A stretch of 64,000 nt of DNA from contig NW_021837044.1 in NCBI RefSeq assembly GCF_006345805.1, positions 1 through 64,000 of the forward strand, given 5' to 3'. How positions within the stretch are numbered: position 1 is the stretch's first letter; every line of letters begins with the position of its first letter. This DNA comes from Octopus sinensis (Eukaryota). Of this stretch, positions 49,939-64,000 are shown piece by piece. A program made the translations under genes and the position numbers. The notes beneath the pieces are model-generated. The model worked only from the letters and a program-made list of their open reading frames with translations, searched no databases and was not told the DNA's origin.

Positions 49939-50083
49939 ACTTCTAACTTGTCTTTTGAGGTCTCTGGGTGAGACTTGGCGCCAACTTGTGCTAATACAAA
50001 ACAAAAGTCAAACTTATAACAAATGAAGATGATGATGATGATGATGATAATGATGATAATAATAATTAATAATAATAATAATA

Positions 50084-50163
<80 letters not shown>

Positions 50164-50319
50164 GGACATTAAAAAGAAAAACAATACATAGAAAAACAGG
50201 AATGATGTAAAAAGAAATATTTAACAAAGGTAAAGGTGGAATTGTTCTGCATTGTTGCGTCTCAGGTGTTATGTTTTAGCTGTTTGATCACAAACTTATA
50301 CAGTTGCCTACATATGTGT

Positions 50320-50365
<46 letters not shown>

Positions 50366-50367
<2 letters not shown>

Positions 50368-50556
50368 AGTTAATCCAAACATGAAAGCACCAAAAAACAC
50401 AACAACGCAAGGACGTGGAACAAATATAGTATTATTGGACGCTCAGGAAAGAAGGAGGATTTAACGTTTCGAGCGGAGCTCTTCGTCGGAAACATAGAAG
50501 GAAAGATCCAGAGAAGGGAAGACAGAGGAAAAAAATCGCCAACGGTACACACGCGG

Positions 50557-50560
<4 letters not shown>
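50366..50560 (-). mobile_element. Penelope-like repeat with CCGACGA hammerhead motif (about 50459-50493)
   Basis: Reverse complement of the 23563-23726 / 27261-27470 family. Confidence 0.65.
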
Positions 50561-50648
<88 letters not shown>

Positions 50649-50691
50649 CATATATATACGTGTATGTATGTATGTCTGTATGTATGAATAG

Positions 50692-50722
<31 letters not shown>

Positions 50723-52202
50723 GATATGTACATTCGTCATGCCTATATTGTTTGTCTTTTTACTTCTATACCCGCCCGATTTCGATCGTTCTTTTAGCCT
50801 TGCCAATCGCTGCCCAGCCCTAACTTGATTAAGTTGCAGTATCTAATCTACGAGCACTACTTGATGTCTATACCAGGTTTAATTAGCATTTTATCAACCA
50901 TTCTCTATATATGTGCATGTATACACACATATATGCACGCACGCACACACACATCACACACATACACACACACACAGTACTGTTCCGTGATGGCAAAATA
51001 AAAAAAAACTACCCCTTCTGCTGAGAGATGAATTTTATTTAAAAAACGATATAAGTTTCTATAAGTTTCATGCCAATCAGTGTTTTTAACTCGTTTGGTG
51101 TCCTAGCACAAACATCAGACACTGCCCATGTGGCATAACGAAATAAATTGATATATATATATAGTCATGATATATTCTGTAAAGAACGTAGTAGAGTATA
51201 GTATCGAACTCGTCCACATTGAGATTTACTCTATGCTATCGGAGCCAATATTTACATATCACCTGAGGAAATGCAACTAGATCTCATAATGCTGTTACAT
51301 AATCAAATACCTGCACACCTGGAGAACTATGTTCCGTGGAAACAACTGTAGTGATTAAGAAATAAATGTCTAACCGTACCCGTACCCCTTCTTGTTGACT
51401 ACAATTTCTTCTATTATATATATATATATATATATAAGAATGCAAAAAATGAACAAGAACGCAACAGGTGACAGCAAGACATTCAGACAGTTTCTTTCCT
51501 CAGTCGAGTTCCAGATTTCTTTGCAGTTTTATCCGGTTATACTCGAGACTGCTCCAATCTGGCCAGCCACAAGGTAAATCTAAGCTAAGAGCACTAGATT
51601 TCTTGGAAGAAAACAGAGAATGTATACGAAAACAAAGACGGAAAAAAGGAAAAATGGTACACAAATACAAATGTAAACAACATGACATTAACAACAGGTG
51701 TCTTTCAACTAAGGACGAATTAAATTAAGCTGGCGTGTGTGAAAGTGAAGCCTTACTGCAGGGACAGCGCAGGCGTGGCTGTGTGGTAAGTAGCTTGCTT
51801 ACCAAGTAACCTGCATACTTCCCATGAGTCTTTGAGAATTTCCCATGAGTATTTGTTGTCAGCGTACGCATGTGTCATTGTGTTGTGCTTTGGTACGGCT
51901 GTTACGCTTCCATCCTCAGTCTCTAGCTCCTTATAAACTTTGTAGACGAAAGATCAGGCAACTTTTAAAAATCAAGATAGTTGCAAATCGCTGTGCTCAG
52001 CCTTTATAACCACAATAACTATATGCCTCTTCATTTCTTGTGTAAGCTGAGGGTCTACCATAACAAAGATTATCTTTCTGAAACAAAGATTATACAGAGT
52101 TAGCAAAAAAAAAAAAATGCAGCAATGACCCCAAAAGCTATGTCCTCAAATATCTTATGTACTCTATATATAATATATATGCATAAATAAATTTTTATAT
52201 AC

Positions 52203-52351
<149 letters not shown>

Positions 52352-53419
52352 GTATAATCATGTGTTTGAGTCGGTCGTCCCCACCACTTGACAACCCGTG
52401 TTGTTTTGTTTCCGTCCCCATAACTTATTGCTTCTGCAAAAGAATCAGATTATGTATCAGACTTTGGATCGATATTTTTGCCTAAAACCTTTCGTGTTGG
52501 TGCTCTAGAAAGGCCGCAATCCAATGACTGAAAAAAGCGAAATATAGAAGAACTTACTTTATGTCGTAGTTACTGAGTTACTGAGAGATGAAAGAAAACA
52601 ACAAATTTATAAATGATGGCAATCTTGTCATAGACCGAGAAAGACGGGTCTGCAATTTCTTGTGGAGCAAGCCACTCGAATGGTTTGCTAATAGCGATCA
52701 GATATTTGAGGTGTACATATATATGAGCCCAGTCCTTCTATCAAATCGGCGATACCTGATCGTGTGTATGATGGACCACCCGTCAGATATCGAAGTGAAC
52801 GCAGAGCAACGTGAAATAAAAAATATTTCGCTCAAGAGCACAACGAGCCATAGCGTCTAGGAATCGAAACCAAGTTATCGCTCTCGTGAGTGCAACGCTC
52901 TAACCACTAGGCCATGCACAACCCAATACACCCGGAATTAAATAGGCAAATAAATAAATCTCGAAGCAGGCACCAGACAAGCCGGAAAAATAACCAAATG
53001 CAAAATATACGAATCTAAGCGCTCATTGGTTAACTGCATCAGCCAATGGCTTTAAGCGAAGAGCGAAATGTAGCCACTTGTTAATATTCTTTCCGTGTCT
53101 TATATACGAATGTATAAAGTTACACTAAAATTTCTGCTATTTTTATGATTTTGTTGTTGTCATCGTCAGCGCTTGCTGCTGTCGTTACTGCTGCTGCTGT
53201 CGCTGCTGCTGCTGCTGCTGCTATCGCCGCTGCTGATGTTCCCATCATTTAGATCCAAATCAGCTATTTTCTGATATTTTATGAAATGACATTCCAGTGG
53301 AGACAATCTCGTATCTATCTACACACCAATCTATCTGTCTGTCTGTCTTTCAGTCTATCTATCTATTTCTCTATACACATACACACACATATATACACAT
53401 TCATATATAATATATATAT

Positions 53420-53560
<141 letters not shown>

Positions 53561-54022
53561 TTTACTTGTTTCAGTCATTTGACCGTGGCCATGCTATAGC
53601 TCCGCCTTTAGTCGGACTAATCGACCCCAGGACTTATTCTTTGTAAGCCTAGATACGAGGACGTAAACACACCAACATCGGTTGTCAAGTGATGGTGGAG
53701 ACACAAACACAGACACACAAAAACACAAACATACACCCCCCACACACATACATATATATAACTTTGATAACTGATAGGTTTCGGTCAGCATTTACCAACG
53801 ACGGGCTTCTTTCAGTTTCCGTCTACCAAATCCACTCACAAGGCTCCGGTCGGCCCGAGGCTTATAGTAGAAGACACTTGCTCAAACTGCCACGCAGTGG
53901 GACTGAACCCGGAACCATGTGGTTGGGAAGCAGGTTTCTTACCACACAGCCACGCCTGCGCCTACACACGCCTACACACACATCTATATATACAAACGCG
54001 CACATACATACACAGATACATA

Positions 54023-54320
54023 TCTTTATATATAAAAGTAAAGTTGTGTGCCTGTCTCCTAAAATTTAGATTCCTAACTACCCACATTTTGCGGTGCAGT
54101 TTAACCAAAAGCGGGTATCTTATAGTCGTGATTCATATCGAGCCCTTCTGCGTATTAGCGCGCGTCTACGATGAGTCTACGATTTAAAAAAAAAATTTAC
54201 CATAATTTTTTCCCATTTTTAATGCATTTTTTTGCTATTATATAAGGGAAGTAACTCTCTAAAACTGCTTATATAGTTATTTCCCTTACAAACCCGAGCA
54301 ACGCCGGGCGATACTGCTAG
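54023..54320 (+). mobile_element. Non-autonomous Helitron
   Basis: A|TCTTTATATA start; CCCGAGCAACGCCGGG hairpin and CTAG|T end; 3' about 60 bp nearly identical to 24045-24107. Confidence 0.78.
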
Positions 54321-54343
54321 TATATATATATATTATATAACAT

Positions 54344-54395
<52 letters not shown>

Positions 54396-54998
54396 TACAC
54401 AGACACACACATATATATATATGTATATCCGTCCTTCATGTAACAGCTTCCAATTTTTTTCCTCGTTCTCTTTTTCTCTGCTTACCCCTTTTTTCTTTTC
54501 TTTTTCATTTACATTCCTCTGACTTCCACCCATCCATGCGTATAACTTATACCCCTTCCTATACACAACCTACTTATTAACTCACACGCGTTTGCATTTA
54601 GCATGTACAAAATCTCAGCGCACACCCGTACACTCACACCCACATGCAAACACACATGGAGACACATACATGCACACACGTACACACCTGCACACAAGCA
54701 CTCACGCGTACTTACACGCAAGCACAAACAAACACATACATACATCCACAGCAACACACATACACATAAACGTACACACATATTTACATATCTTTTATTC
54801 TTTTACTTGTTTCAGTCATTTGACTGCGGCCATGCTGAAGCACCGACTTTAGTCGAACATATCGACCCCAGAACTTATTCTTTGCGAGCCTAGTACTAAT
54901 TCTATCGGTCTCTTTTGCCGAAGCGCTGATGTTACAAGGACGTAAACACACCAACATCGGTTGCCAAGGGATGGTGAAGGGACAAACACAAACACACA

Positions 54999-55033
<35 letters not shown>

Positions 55034-55836
55034 GGGTTTAGTTCACAGGTGATCTAAATGATTAGGTACGCTAGATAATAATAATATTGTATACGACTTG
55101 AGATGTTTGCCTTGCGTTAATGTTTACTGTCCTGTTTAACAATTATATATATATATATATAATACAAAAATAGGACAGGAACGCAAAACATCCAGACAGG
55201 TAGGTGATACAAAAAATGGTCAACAAAGAATCTAGACAGACGATACAAAGTAAACAAGAACGGGTCAATCGAGTTTAGTTTCCTCAGTCAAGCTCCAGAT
55301 TATCTTTACAATTTCGGCTGGTTATACTCGAGATTACTCCAACCTGACTAGCCCCAAGGAAACACTAAGCTAAGAGAACTAGATACCTTAGAAGAAAGCA
55401 GAGAATGTATACGAAAACAAGGACGAAAAAAACCGGAGAAATGGTACACAAATACAAAAGCAAATAAGGCCATTACCAACAGGTGTCTCTCGACTAAGGA
55501 CGAATTAAATTAAGCTGGTGTGTTTGGCAGTAAAGCCTTACGGCAGGGACATATGTTTTGACAGGCACGGGGAAGAATATAGATGTTGCACGGATTGTAG
55601 ACGAACCAAGAAAGAAAGGTCAGGCTTGGTCGAACACCGGTCATGCGACAGGCTTCTTTCAGTGTTCGTCTACAAAATACACTCATAAGGTTTTGGTCAG
55701 CTCGAGAATATAGTAGAAGACGCCTGCCCAAGGTGCCATGCGGTGGGACTGAACCCGGAACCATGTAGTTGGGAAGCAAGCTTCTTACCACAGAGCCACG
55801 ACACTTCACACACACTCTCTCTCACACATACACCAG

Positions 55837-55876
<40 letters not shown>

Positions 55877-56235
55877 CACACACATACATTCACACACACA
55901 GTGACCATTTGCACACTCTCCTGCCTTCAAAAAGACACATTCCATATCTCTTTCCACCTACCGGTCAGTCACTTTTCGGTCATGCAATGACTCACGTGCG
56001 TTTCTTTGGACTATCTCTCGTTTCCGCTTTTTCTTTCTCTTGGGACTTTTTCCTGTTTCGAAACGTCGTTTCTACTCCAATTTTCCCCTCTAACATTTTC
56101 ACTGACATCACTGTAGTATATTGATTGTGTACGTCTCATTGACTTTAGCTATTTATTCCTATTTTTTAATTTATCACACACATGCATGTGCACAAACATA
56201 TCCACATACCTATCTATCCAGCTAGCTATCTAGCT

Positions 56236-56917
56236 GGGAAGGAAGAGCTATTTTCATCATCCTTGTGGCTATGGCGAAAGAATGTATCTGGTGGACGCGT
56301 CTGAAAGGATTGGAGACAAACACTTTCCTCTCTGGTCAATCTCTCATCAACTTCTTCAAGTACCACTTGAAAAGGAAAGTGAGAGTAGAGAGGCAAGTTT
56401 TGTCTAGCGAATGTTTTAAAAAAAGATGGGTGAATGTAGCAAGGATGGCACGTATGAATGACGAAGCCACCTTGAGCATAATCCTATGAACCCAGGGTTA
56501 CCCACTTGCAAACAAATGTGGTAACATATAACAATATTGACCAAGGTTACCGTGGTCTTTTTCGTAGGCTTTTCTTCCCACGGATAAACCTTACTTGCTT
56601 TCCCCTTTACAACATATATCATAACACTGTGATACACGATCCCTATTGATCATTCTTTTTTTCCCTTTTTTCTTCTTTTTTCATTTCTCTTTCCTTTTGT
56701 TCCTTTTCCTTTCCTTTTTTTTTCTTTTTATTCTTTTTATTTTATTCAAATTTTTTTTGTTTTTGTTCTTTTCTTCCCTTTTACGATCCCTCTTGATCGA
56801 AAACCTACGCCACCCCCTTTTTTTTCTTTTGTTTTTGTTCTCTTCATCCCCCAAAAGAAAAGCTCTACCTTGTAACTTGTCCCATCTGTGTGCAGCCCTG
56901 TGTAGCCAATAAAGAAA
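56236..56917 (+). mobile_element. Tx1-clade LINE 3' fragment
   Basis: 56236-56490 is nearly identical to 33988-34240; ends AATAAAGAAA before (TATC)n. Confidence 0.82.
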
Positions 56918-56982
56918 CTTATCTAGCTACCATCCTACAAATTTATCTACTTATCTCTCTACTCATCTCTGCTCACCTACTC

Positions 56983-57069
<87 letters not shown>

Positions 57070-57075
57070 ATCTAT

Positions 57076-57132
<57 letters not shown>

Positions 57133-57135
57133 ATC

Positions 57136-57225
<90 letters not shown>

Positions 57226-57569
57226 CCTATCTATCTACCTATGTCTATATCTCTTCAGATGCAGTGAATTTCAACTCCAATCATCCAGCATTACGAATAA
57301 GGGAAGTGTGCAATTTCAACTTTGGCTGCTATTTTTAGCAGCTTTTACTACGACGAAGAAGAACCCTCGTTGCTTAGTAACAACTCACGCAGTTTTATTT
57401 TATTTTATTCTATTTTATTTTTTTCTGTTTAGAGAGTTCATTAAGTGCAACCAAAATCCTGTCGTTGTTGTTATCTGAAACATAAAACTAATAAATACCA
57501 CAAAATTTAACTGAAATAAAACTTATGCCATGTAGACGAGGCTTGATAGATTGGTTGGCACCAAGCCAC

Positions 57570-57609
<40 letters not shown>

Positions 57610-57958
57610 GGATGGAGAGACAGAGGGGAAGAGAGAGACAGAGAGAGAGACAGAGAGAGAGAGGAAGAGAGAGAGAGGGAGAGAGAGAGAGAGAGGAAGA
57701 AAGAGAGAGAGAGGGAGAGAGACAGAGAAGGAGCGAACGATCGTGGATGTATGTGTGTATATATAGGAGAGACAAACAGAGAAAGATAGGGATAAAGAAT
57801 GAGAGAGAGGAGAGAGAGAGAGGGAGGGAGAGAGAGAACGAGAGAGAGAGGAAGATGGAAAGAGAGAGGAAGAGAGAGAGAGAGGGAGATAGACAGAGAA
57901 GGAGCGAACGATCGTGTGTGTATATATAGGAGAGAAACAGAGAAAGATAGGGAGAAAG

Positions 57959-57997
<39 letters not shown>

Positions 57998-58070
57998 AAG
58001 AGAGAAAGATAGAGAGAACGAATGAGAGAGAGAAAGAGAGAGAGAGAGGGAGAGAGAGGGTGAAGAACCG
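57570..58070. repeat. (GA)n-rich tract with a duplicated internal block (57721 and 57892)
   Basis: GACAGAGAAGGAGCGAACGATCGTG occurs twice, about 171 bp apart. Confidence 0.85.
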
Positions 58071-59051
58071 AGAGACAATCGTTAAAATGCGATTCTAGAA
58101 CTCGATTGGGTTTTGATGTTGGAGCAGAAAGCATTCCGGATGTTTCGAAAGCAAACTTGTTGTCAATAGAAATTCTTAAATTTCAAAGATTTTACTTCCG
58201 CATTTTAAAACTCCATGGATGCAAAACTGCATCAACCAAACGTTGCTGCTGCAGTTTTTTTAAATTTATAACTATTGATGTTGATGTTGTTGTTGATGCT
58301 GATAATGGTGATGATGTTGCTGAAATTGTTGTTGCTGTTACTGTTACTGCTGCTGCTGCTGTTCTTGTTCTCATTGTTTTTGATGTTGTTGTTGTTGTTG
58401 TTAATTTGCTACAACTTATTCGTAGTCGAACAGAACTATGATCCTTAGGTGTTCCAAACATGCCTATCTCGTCGTCTTCTTTCAGGACGAGGAGAGGAGT
58501 ATAGGAAGAGTGGTAGTAGTAGTAGTAGTAGTAGTAGTAGTAATAGTACAGGGAGGAGGAATAGGAGGGAGTTGGCTATGGTGAACTTGACCAATACCTA
58601 GTATATCACTGGTATCTTGTCATCGAATCCAGAGGGATGCCGTCCTCGGTATACAGGTTTCAAATTCGGAATACAGTTGATGTGACTAAGAGCTGAAGGC
58701 ACTTTGTATATAATCTTACCGATTGTGTCACCATCACCAAATACAAATGACTCTCACATACACTAACACACACACACACATAGACACACACACACACACA
58801 CACACACGAAAGTGTGTAGACAGTGGTTAGAGAGTTGGTTTGACGATCGTGAAGTCGTGGGTTCGATTCCTCGACGAGGTGATGCGATAAGTCTTTGACC
58901 AAAATATGTTCATTTCTACTCAGGTGAAAATGAATACCAGTTGGTCCACTTCCTCTGGCAGCTTGAAGAAAAAATATACACGCATACACACGTACATAGA
59001 TATACAGATATACACAGACACACACACATACAGATATACACACACATACAG

Positions 59052-59084
<33 letters not shown>

Positions 59085-59092
59085 ACACACAT

Positions 59093-59135
<43 letters not shown>

Positions 59136-59339
59136 TATATATATAATATATACATACATGTTTTTAGGCTTTTGAGTTATAAGAAAAGGTTTGCTCGTTT
59201 ATCTTATAGTTCGATATAGAAATCGGAAATTTGGTGTTGCAAACTAGTTTCTCTGGACTGTTGTGCGTGTATGAGGTTTTGCATGCATAGGATAGCTTTG
59301 CAATAATAGCCAGTCGGCTGCATGTAGCGCGGCTCTGTT

Positions 59340-59640
59340 TTTAATACGTGGTCTTGCTAATGATGTTGGCTTCTTTTATTCTCAGGTTGCCAATGTTTCA
59401 TGCTGTAACATCATTGGATACCAGGATGTCGTGAGTGTCGCATTTCCGTAGGTGGTTTTCTCGACAGTAGAAGCATCCCCATTCACTCCACAGAACGAAA
59501 CATTTGGAAACTGAAAGTAGAAAAAGCCATCATCATTAACAAGATCAATGCACATATTAACTACAGGACCGAGCTGCACGCAGCCGATAGGTTATTACTG
59601 CAATGTCACTTCACGCATGGAAGGGTTCTTCTAACCCAGC
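59340..59640 (-). pseudogene. Possible GIY-YIG endonuclease remnant (Penelope-like)
   Basis: Hand translation CGYIVAG...ENHLRKCDTHDI...NLRIKEANIISK with several stops. Confidence 0.4.
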
Positions 59641-61427
59641 CACAATATAACCACACGCATACACAACAGAGCAGAAATACTTGCTTTCAACGCCATATGT
59701 CCAACATCTTTTTCCTGAAAAAGGGGTCGTAACCCCGATATATTAAAACAATAAGTGTGAAACCATTGTCTTTTTATTTCTTATAACTTGCATTGTTTTA
59801 ACTTTTCAGACAGAGATACAAAAGATTTTATACATATGTAGATTACCATTAGTAAAATTAATAACAACAACAATAATATAAGTGGCCGGTACAACCTTTG
59901 TTGACCACAGGTTGGGAACCATTGATCTAAAACGCAAAAGGTAACTTCAGCAGGACTGGAACCTGAACCGTAATGAAAATTCGCAAAGTAGTTTGTGAGG
60001 TGCTTTAGTGATTCGGCCAGTAGGCATATCTCGAGTGAAGATATTAGCAATGGTTTTATTGGTAATGTTGGCTCTGCTTTACGGATATTTTACCATAAGT
60101 AAATGGAAGTCACCTTGGATCTGAGATATTTCATTGCCAATCCCTTAACACGACGTGCTTATCACTAATTAACAGGTCTTTAATTAATTGTGATTGTAGG
60201 CAGGTAAGTGGGGAGAGACACACTAGAAGTTGGGAGAGGTAGGGAGAAATATAGAACGAAAGATTAAGAGAGGACAGGAAAGAAAAAAAGATGAGAAAAC
60301 GAAAGTAAGAATGGTTAGATAAAGAGAGAGAAAGAGAGAGAGAGAGGGAGAGGAGAGAGAGAAAGAGGGAGGTGATGAGAGATATAATTAAAGACAGACA
60401 GATGGAAGATACAGATAGATAAGGATGTAGATGAATCGATAGAGGTTATATATACATACATATATTCGTATATATACATGTATGTACATGTATACAGACA
60501 TAGTTAACATAAATATGCATTAACATTCATTACTTGTACATACGTAGCTTACAAATACACTACATACATATACACAAAAAATATGCATTACGTATACATA
60601 CATACATACACATGTATATAATTGTACACATAGCTGTGGATTTGTATAAAATAGATGTGTGTGTGTGTGTGTGTCTGAAGAGAGAGAGAGAAAGAAAAAG
60701 AGAAGAGAGGGAAGATAAACTTATGTATCGATAGATAGATAGAAAGATAGATAGAAAGATAGACAGACAACAGATCATCAGGCACACGGACAGACAGACA
60801 GACAGACAGACAGACATTAGTGATAAATAAACCAGATATGCGACAAACAAAATTACGACTTCGTTAAGCGACCTTCCTATATTATAAAACAACATTAATT
60901 AATTAATTATTTCCAGAGAACGCGGATTTTATTAATTGATTTTAATCAACATACTTGTGTTGATTAAAGCTGTTGCCATTATTATTATGCCATTAAGTTG
61001 TCATTATTGCCGTTTTAATGGAAGTATGAAACAGTGAGGTGTGACAGACCGGCAGCCATGACAGGTTTTGCCATGACGCAGCCGTTTATGTGTATGCGTG
61101 CATGTATGTATGTATGTATGTATGTATGCATGTATGTATGTATGTTTGTATGTATGTATGTATGCATGTATGCATGCATGTGTGTATGTTTGTATGTGTG
61201 TGTATGTATGTATGTATGTATGTGTGTGTGTATGTATGTATGTATGCATGTATGTATGTATGTATGTATGCATGTGTGTATGTTTGTATGTGTGTGTATG
61301 TATGTATGTATGTATGTATGTGTGTGTGTATGTATGTATGCATGTATGTATGTATGTATGTATGCATGTATGTATGTATGTATGTATGCATGCATGTGTG
61401 TATGTTTGTATGTATGTATATATGTAT

Positions 61428-61923
61428 GTCTTCGTGTTTTTAACTACCGTAAATCCTCGACGGCGACTAAACTGGCAACCCCACCAAGCTTGCTTGGTGA
61501 GAAGGGTGTTTATTGGACACCCTGCGGGATGAAAAACAAAACCCGTCAAAGGGCGGAGGAACTCTTGCGAGTCAACGGCCATCCAATAAATGTCTTAGGG
61601 CTGTATCATGCGCGGGGACATAGAAATAATCGGACTGAATACCCGATCGCGCGGTTAAACCATTGGGAGTGAAGGACTCCCAGCCTTTGTTTGGGCATCC
61701 TTCTAGGAGAAGGTAACTCTGGTAACTGGGATAACTCCGAAATAAAACCTGCGGCTCAGTGGTTACCGATGATGTTGATTTGTTCTTCTTTTCGGATTAT
61801 GGCTGCTGTTGCTTAGTGAGTGGGATTGACTCAGTGCACAGCCTTGCACAGGCATTGCACGATAACAACATTGATTAAGCTTCGTGCAATGGCCATACTC
61901 GATAACGAGAGGGCAGCCACCAT
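61428..61923 (+). mobile_element. Bipartite non-autonomous RTE derivative (5' UTR-like region joined to a 3' tail)
   Basis: GGCATCCTTCTAGGAGAAGGTAACTC resembles RTE 5' UTR motifs; the last about 50 bp match the RTE 3' end at 25162-25215; (TATG)n on both sides. Confidence 0.65.
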
Positions 61924-62319
61924 GTATGTATGTATGTAGGGTAACCGAATGAAAGAATGATTGTGATTCAAGCTCTCAATTCAAATTCATAACAGTGGAC
62001 TTGGATGGCAACGGAGAATCGTGAGAATCTACACAAGCAGTGGGTCTGTACATTTATCGCCGATTCCGCAGAAGCACTGAAGGAGTGTACATTACAATCT
62101 TCAGGTCACGTTGATCTCCAAATGTCACTGAAACTCTCAAGAAAAACCCATGTCTTCATGACTCGAATTTTTACAATTTCTTTTTATTTATTTATATATG
62201 GATGCCATGTTACTTCCTAAGACAAAGGTATCAATGTCGATATTTGTATTGCCATCGCCGTTGTTGTCGTTGTCGTCCACGTGACCAGTATCAACATAGT
62301 GTCGTCACTAGCTATCAAT

Positions 62320-62344
62320 GTTATCGACATCGGCAATCATCGTC

Positions 62345-62402
<58 letters not shown>

Positions 62403-62960
62403 GTCATCGTCATCGTCATCGTGATCATCATCATCATCATCATCATCAACAGTAGCCACAACACCATAGCATCACCATCATCAGCATCCTCATCAACATC
62501 ATCATCATCATCAATACTTTCATCATCGTCGTAGTCGTCGTCATCATTGTCATCGTGAGCAGCAACAGAGTCAGCAATCTCACGATCACTAACGTCGCCG
62601 TTGACATTATTGTCATCATCATCTTCATCATCATCATCATCACCATCATCATCGTCGTCGTCATCATCACCATCATCATCGTCGTCGTCGTCATCATCAT
62701 CATCGTCATCATCATCATGATCATCACCTTCACCGCCATCATCACCATCATCACCTCACCACTTTCATCACCACTTTCATCACCATCATCATCATCATTA
62801 TCATCGTCATCCTCCTCCTCCTCATCATCATCATCACCAATGCCATCACTATAACCACCACAACTCTCAGCAGCAGCATCATCTCCATCATCAATCACCA
62901 TAAAGATCGTCGGCACCGACTTCGTCCCTCATGAGCATCAGCATCAACATCTTCTTGGTG
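62320..62960. repeat. Degenerate (ATC)n/(GTC)n trinucleotide tract
   Basis: Directly visible. Confidence 0.92.
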
Positions 62961-63289
62961 ATGCTGGAGTGGTGATGACGATGGCGATGATGATGGCGAA
63001 AGTTATCGTCGTCGTCGTCGTGATTGTGATGGCAGTTGTCGAGTGTTAGCAACGCGTGTGTGCATCTGTGTTTAGGTGTATATGTATGTGTGTGTGTGTC
63101 TGTGTGTGTATTTGAGTGGGAGACGAATGAGTTTAACCTGCCACTGTATCCTTCCCCAAATATCACTAGCTCCCCCGCACGCACACACACACACACACCA
63201 TTCTCTTTTTTCTCACTTCTCCAAAACTTTCTGTCTAATCCCCCTCTCTTCTTTCTCGGTCTTTCTGCATATGCATATGCGTGTGTGCA

Positions 63290-63293
63290 AATG

Positions 63294-63358
<65 letters not shown>

Positions 63359-63413
63359 ATATATATATATACACACACATATAATATATACATATATATG
63401 AATACATATATAC

Positions 63414-63457
<44 letters not shown>

Positions 63458-63487
63458 TATATACATATATATATATGTATATATACA

Positions 63488-63540
<53 letters not shown>

Positions 63541-63780
63541 ACATATATGTAAGTATATGTATATACATATATATATACTCATTTTTTCTCTTTCTCTCTC
63601 TCTCTCTATATATATATGCACATATAGATAAAAGCATATATATATATATGTATTTATATGTATATTTCTGCACATATTACATATATATAAATCACACACA
63701 TATATGAGTGTATATGTACATATATGTATAAATATATATACATACATATGTACATACACACGCACATATACACACATATA
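63290..63780. repeat. (TA)n-rich microsatellite
   Basis: Directly visible. Confidence 0.92.
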
Positions 63781-64000
63781 AGATGTCTAATTCTTTAAAC
63801 GGTTTCTCCTTTCTCCTCTCAGTAGTTAGCGTAGCGTCTAGAATTTCTCAAGATTTCTCTGGAATAAATACAATCAGTTTCCTGACATATTCCAACTTCA
63901 AAGAGAAATATAAAACAAAAAAATGTCGATTCTTATCGGGTTTCCCTTACCGTTTCTAAAATAAAAAAAAGACATTCAAAGACAAAAAAAAAATGAGACG

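Noticed and set aside
57721-57965. Duplicated block within the GA tract as a functional repeat
   Set aside because: Adequately explained by slippage or unequal exchange in a microsatellite.
58080-58480. Possible host exon in complex sequence
   Set aside because: No convincing reading frame with splice sites or a recognisable domain.

Overview
Eukaryotic, AT-rich, microsatellite-saturated DNA with no recognisable host-gene exon. The SINE families and repeat landscape look like Octopus (coleoid cephalopod); this is recognition from memory, not a search. Almost every ORF in the supplied track is a translated microsatellite. Real coding remnants are all from transposable elements: a near-intact 5'-truncated CR1-clade LINE (46.3-49.0 kb), R4/Dong-clade, Tx1-clade and RTE LINE fragments, a TTAA-flanked piggyBac (36.6-39.1 kb), a mariner and a DD37D (maT) transposase remnant, two non-autonomous Helitrons and many tRNA-derived SINEs. 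The most notable hidden signal is a dense set of type I hammerhead-ribozyme motifs (about 18 copies, at least 7 sequence families) in non-coding Penelope-like/retrozyme-like units beside (TA)n tracts. These include a 554-bp head-to-tail array with one hammerhead per unit plus a 460-bp fold-back (3.57-5.74 kb), family-level core variants (CCGANGA, CTGTNGA) and a conserved motif about 110-120 nt downstream of the ribozyme. A second theme is SINE-LINE tail sharing, including a SINE with a Tx1-like 3' end that forms 184-bp arrays. All calls were made by eye; fold-backs and tandem copies could partly be assembly artefacts.
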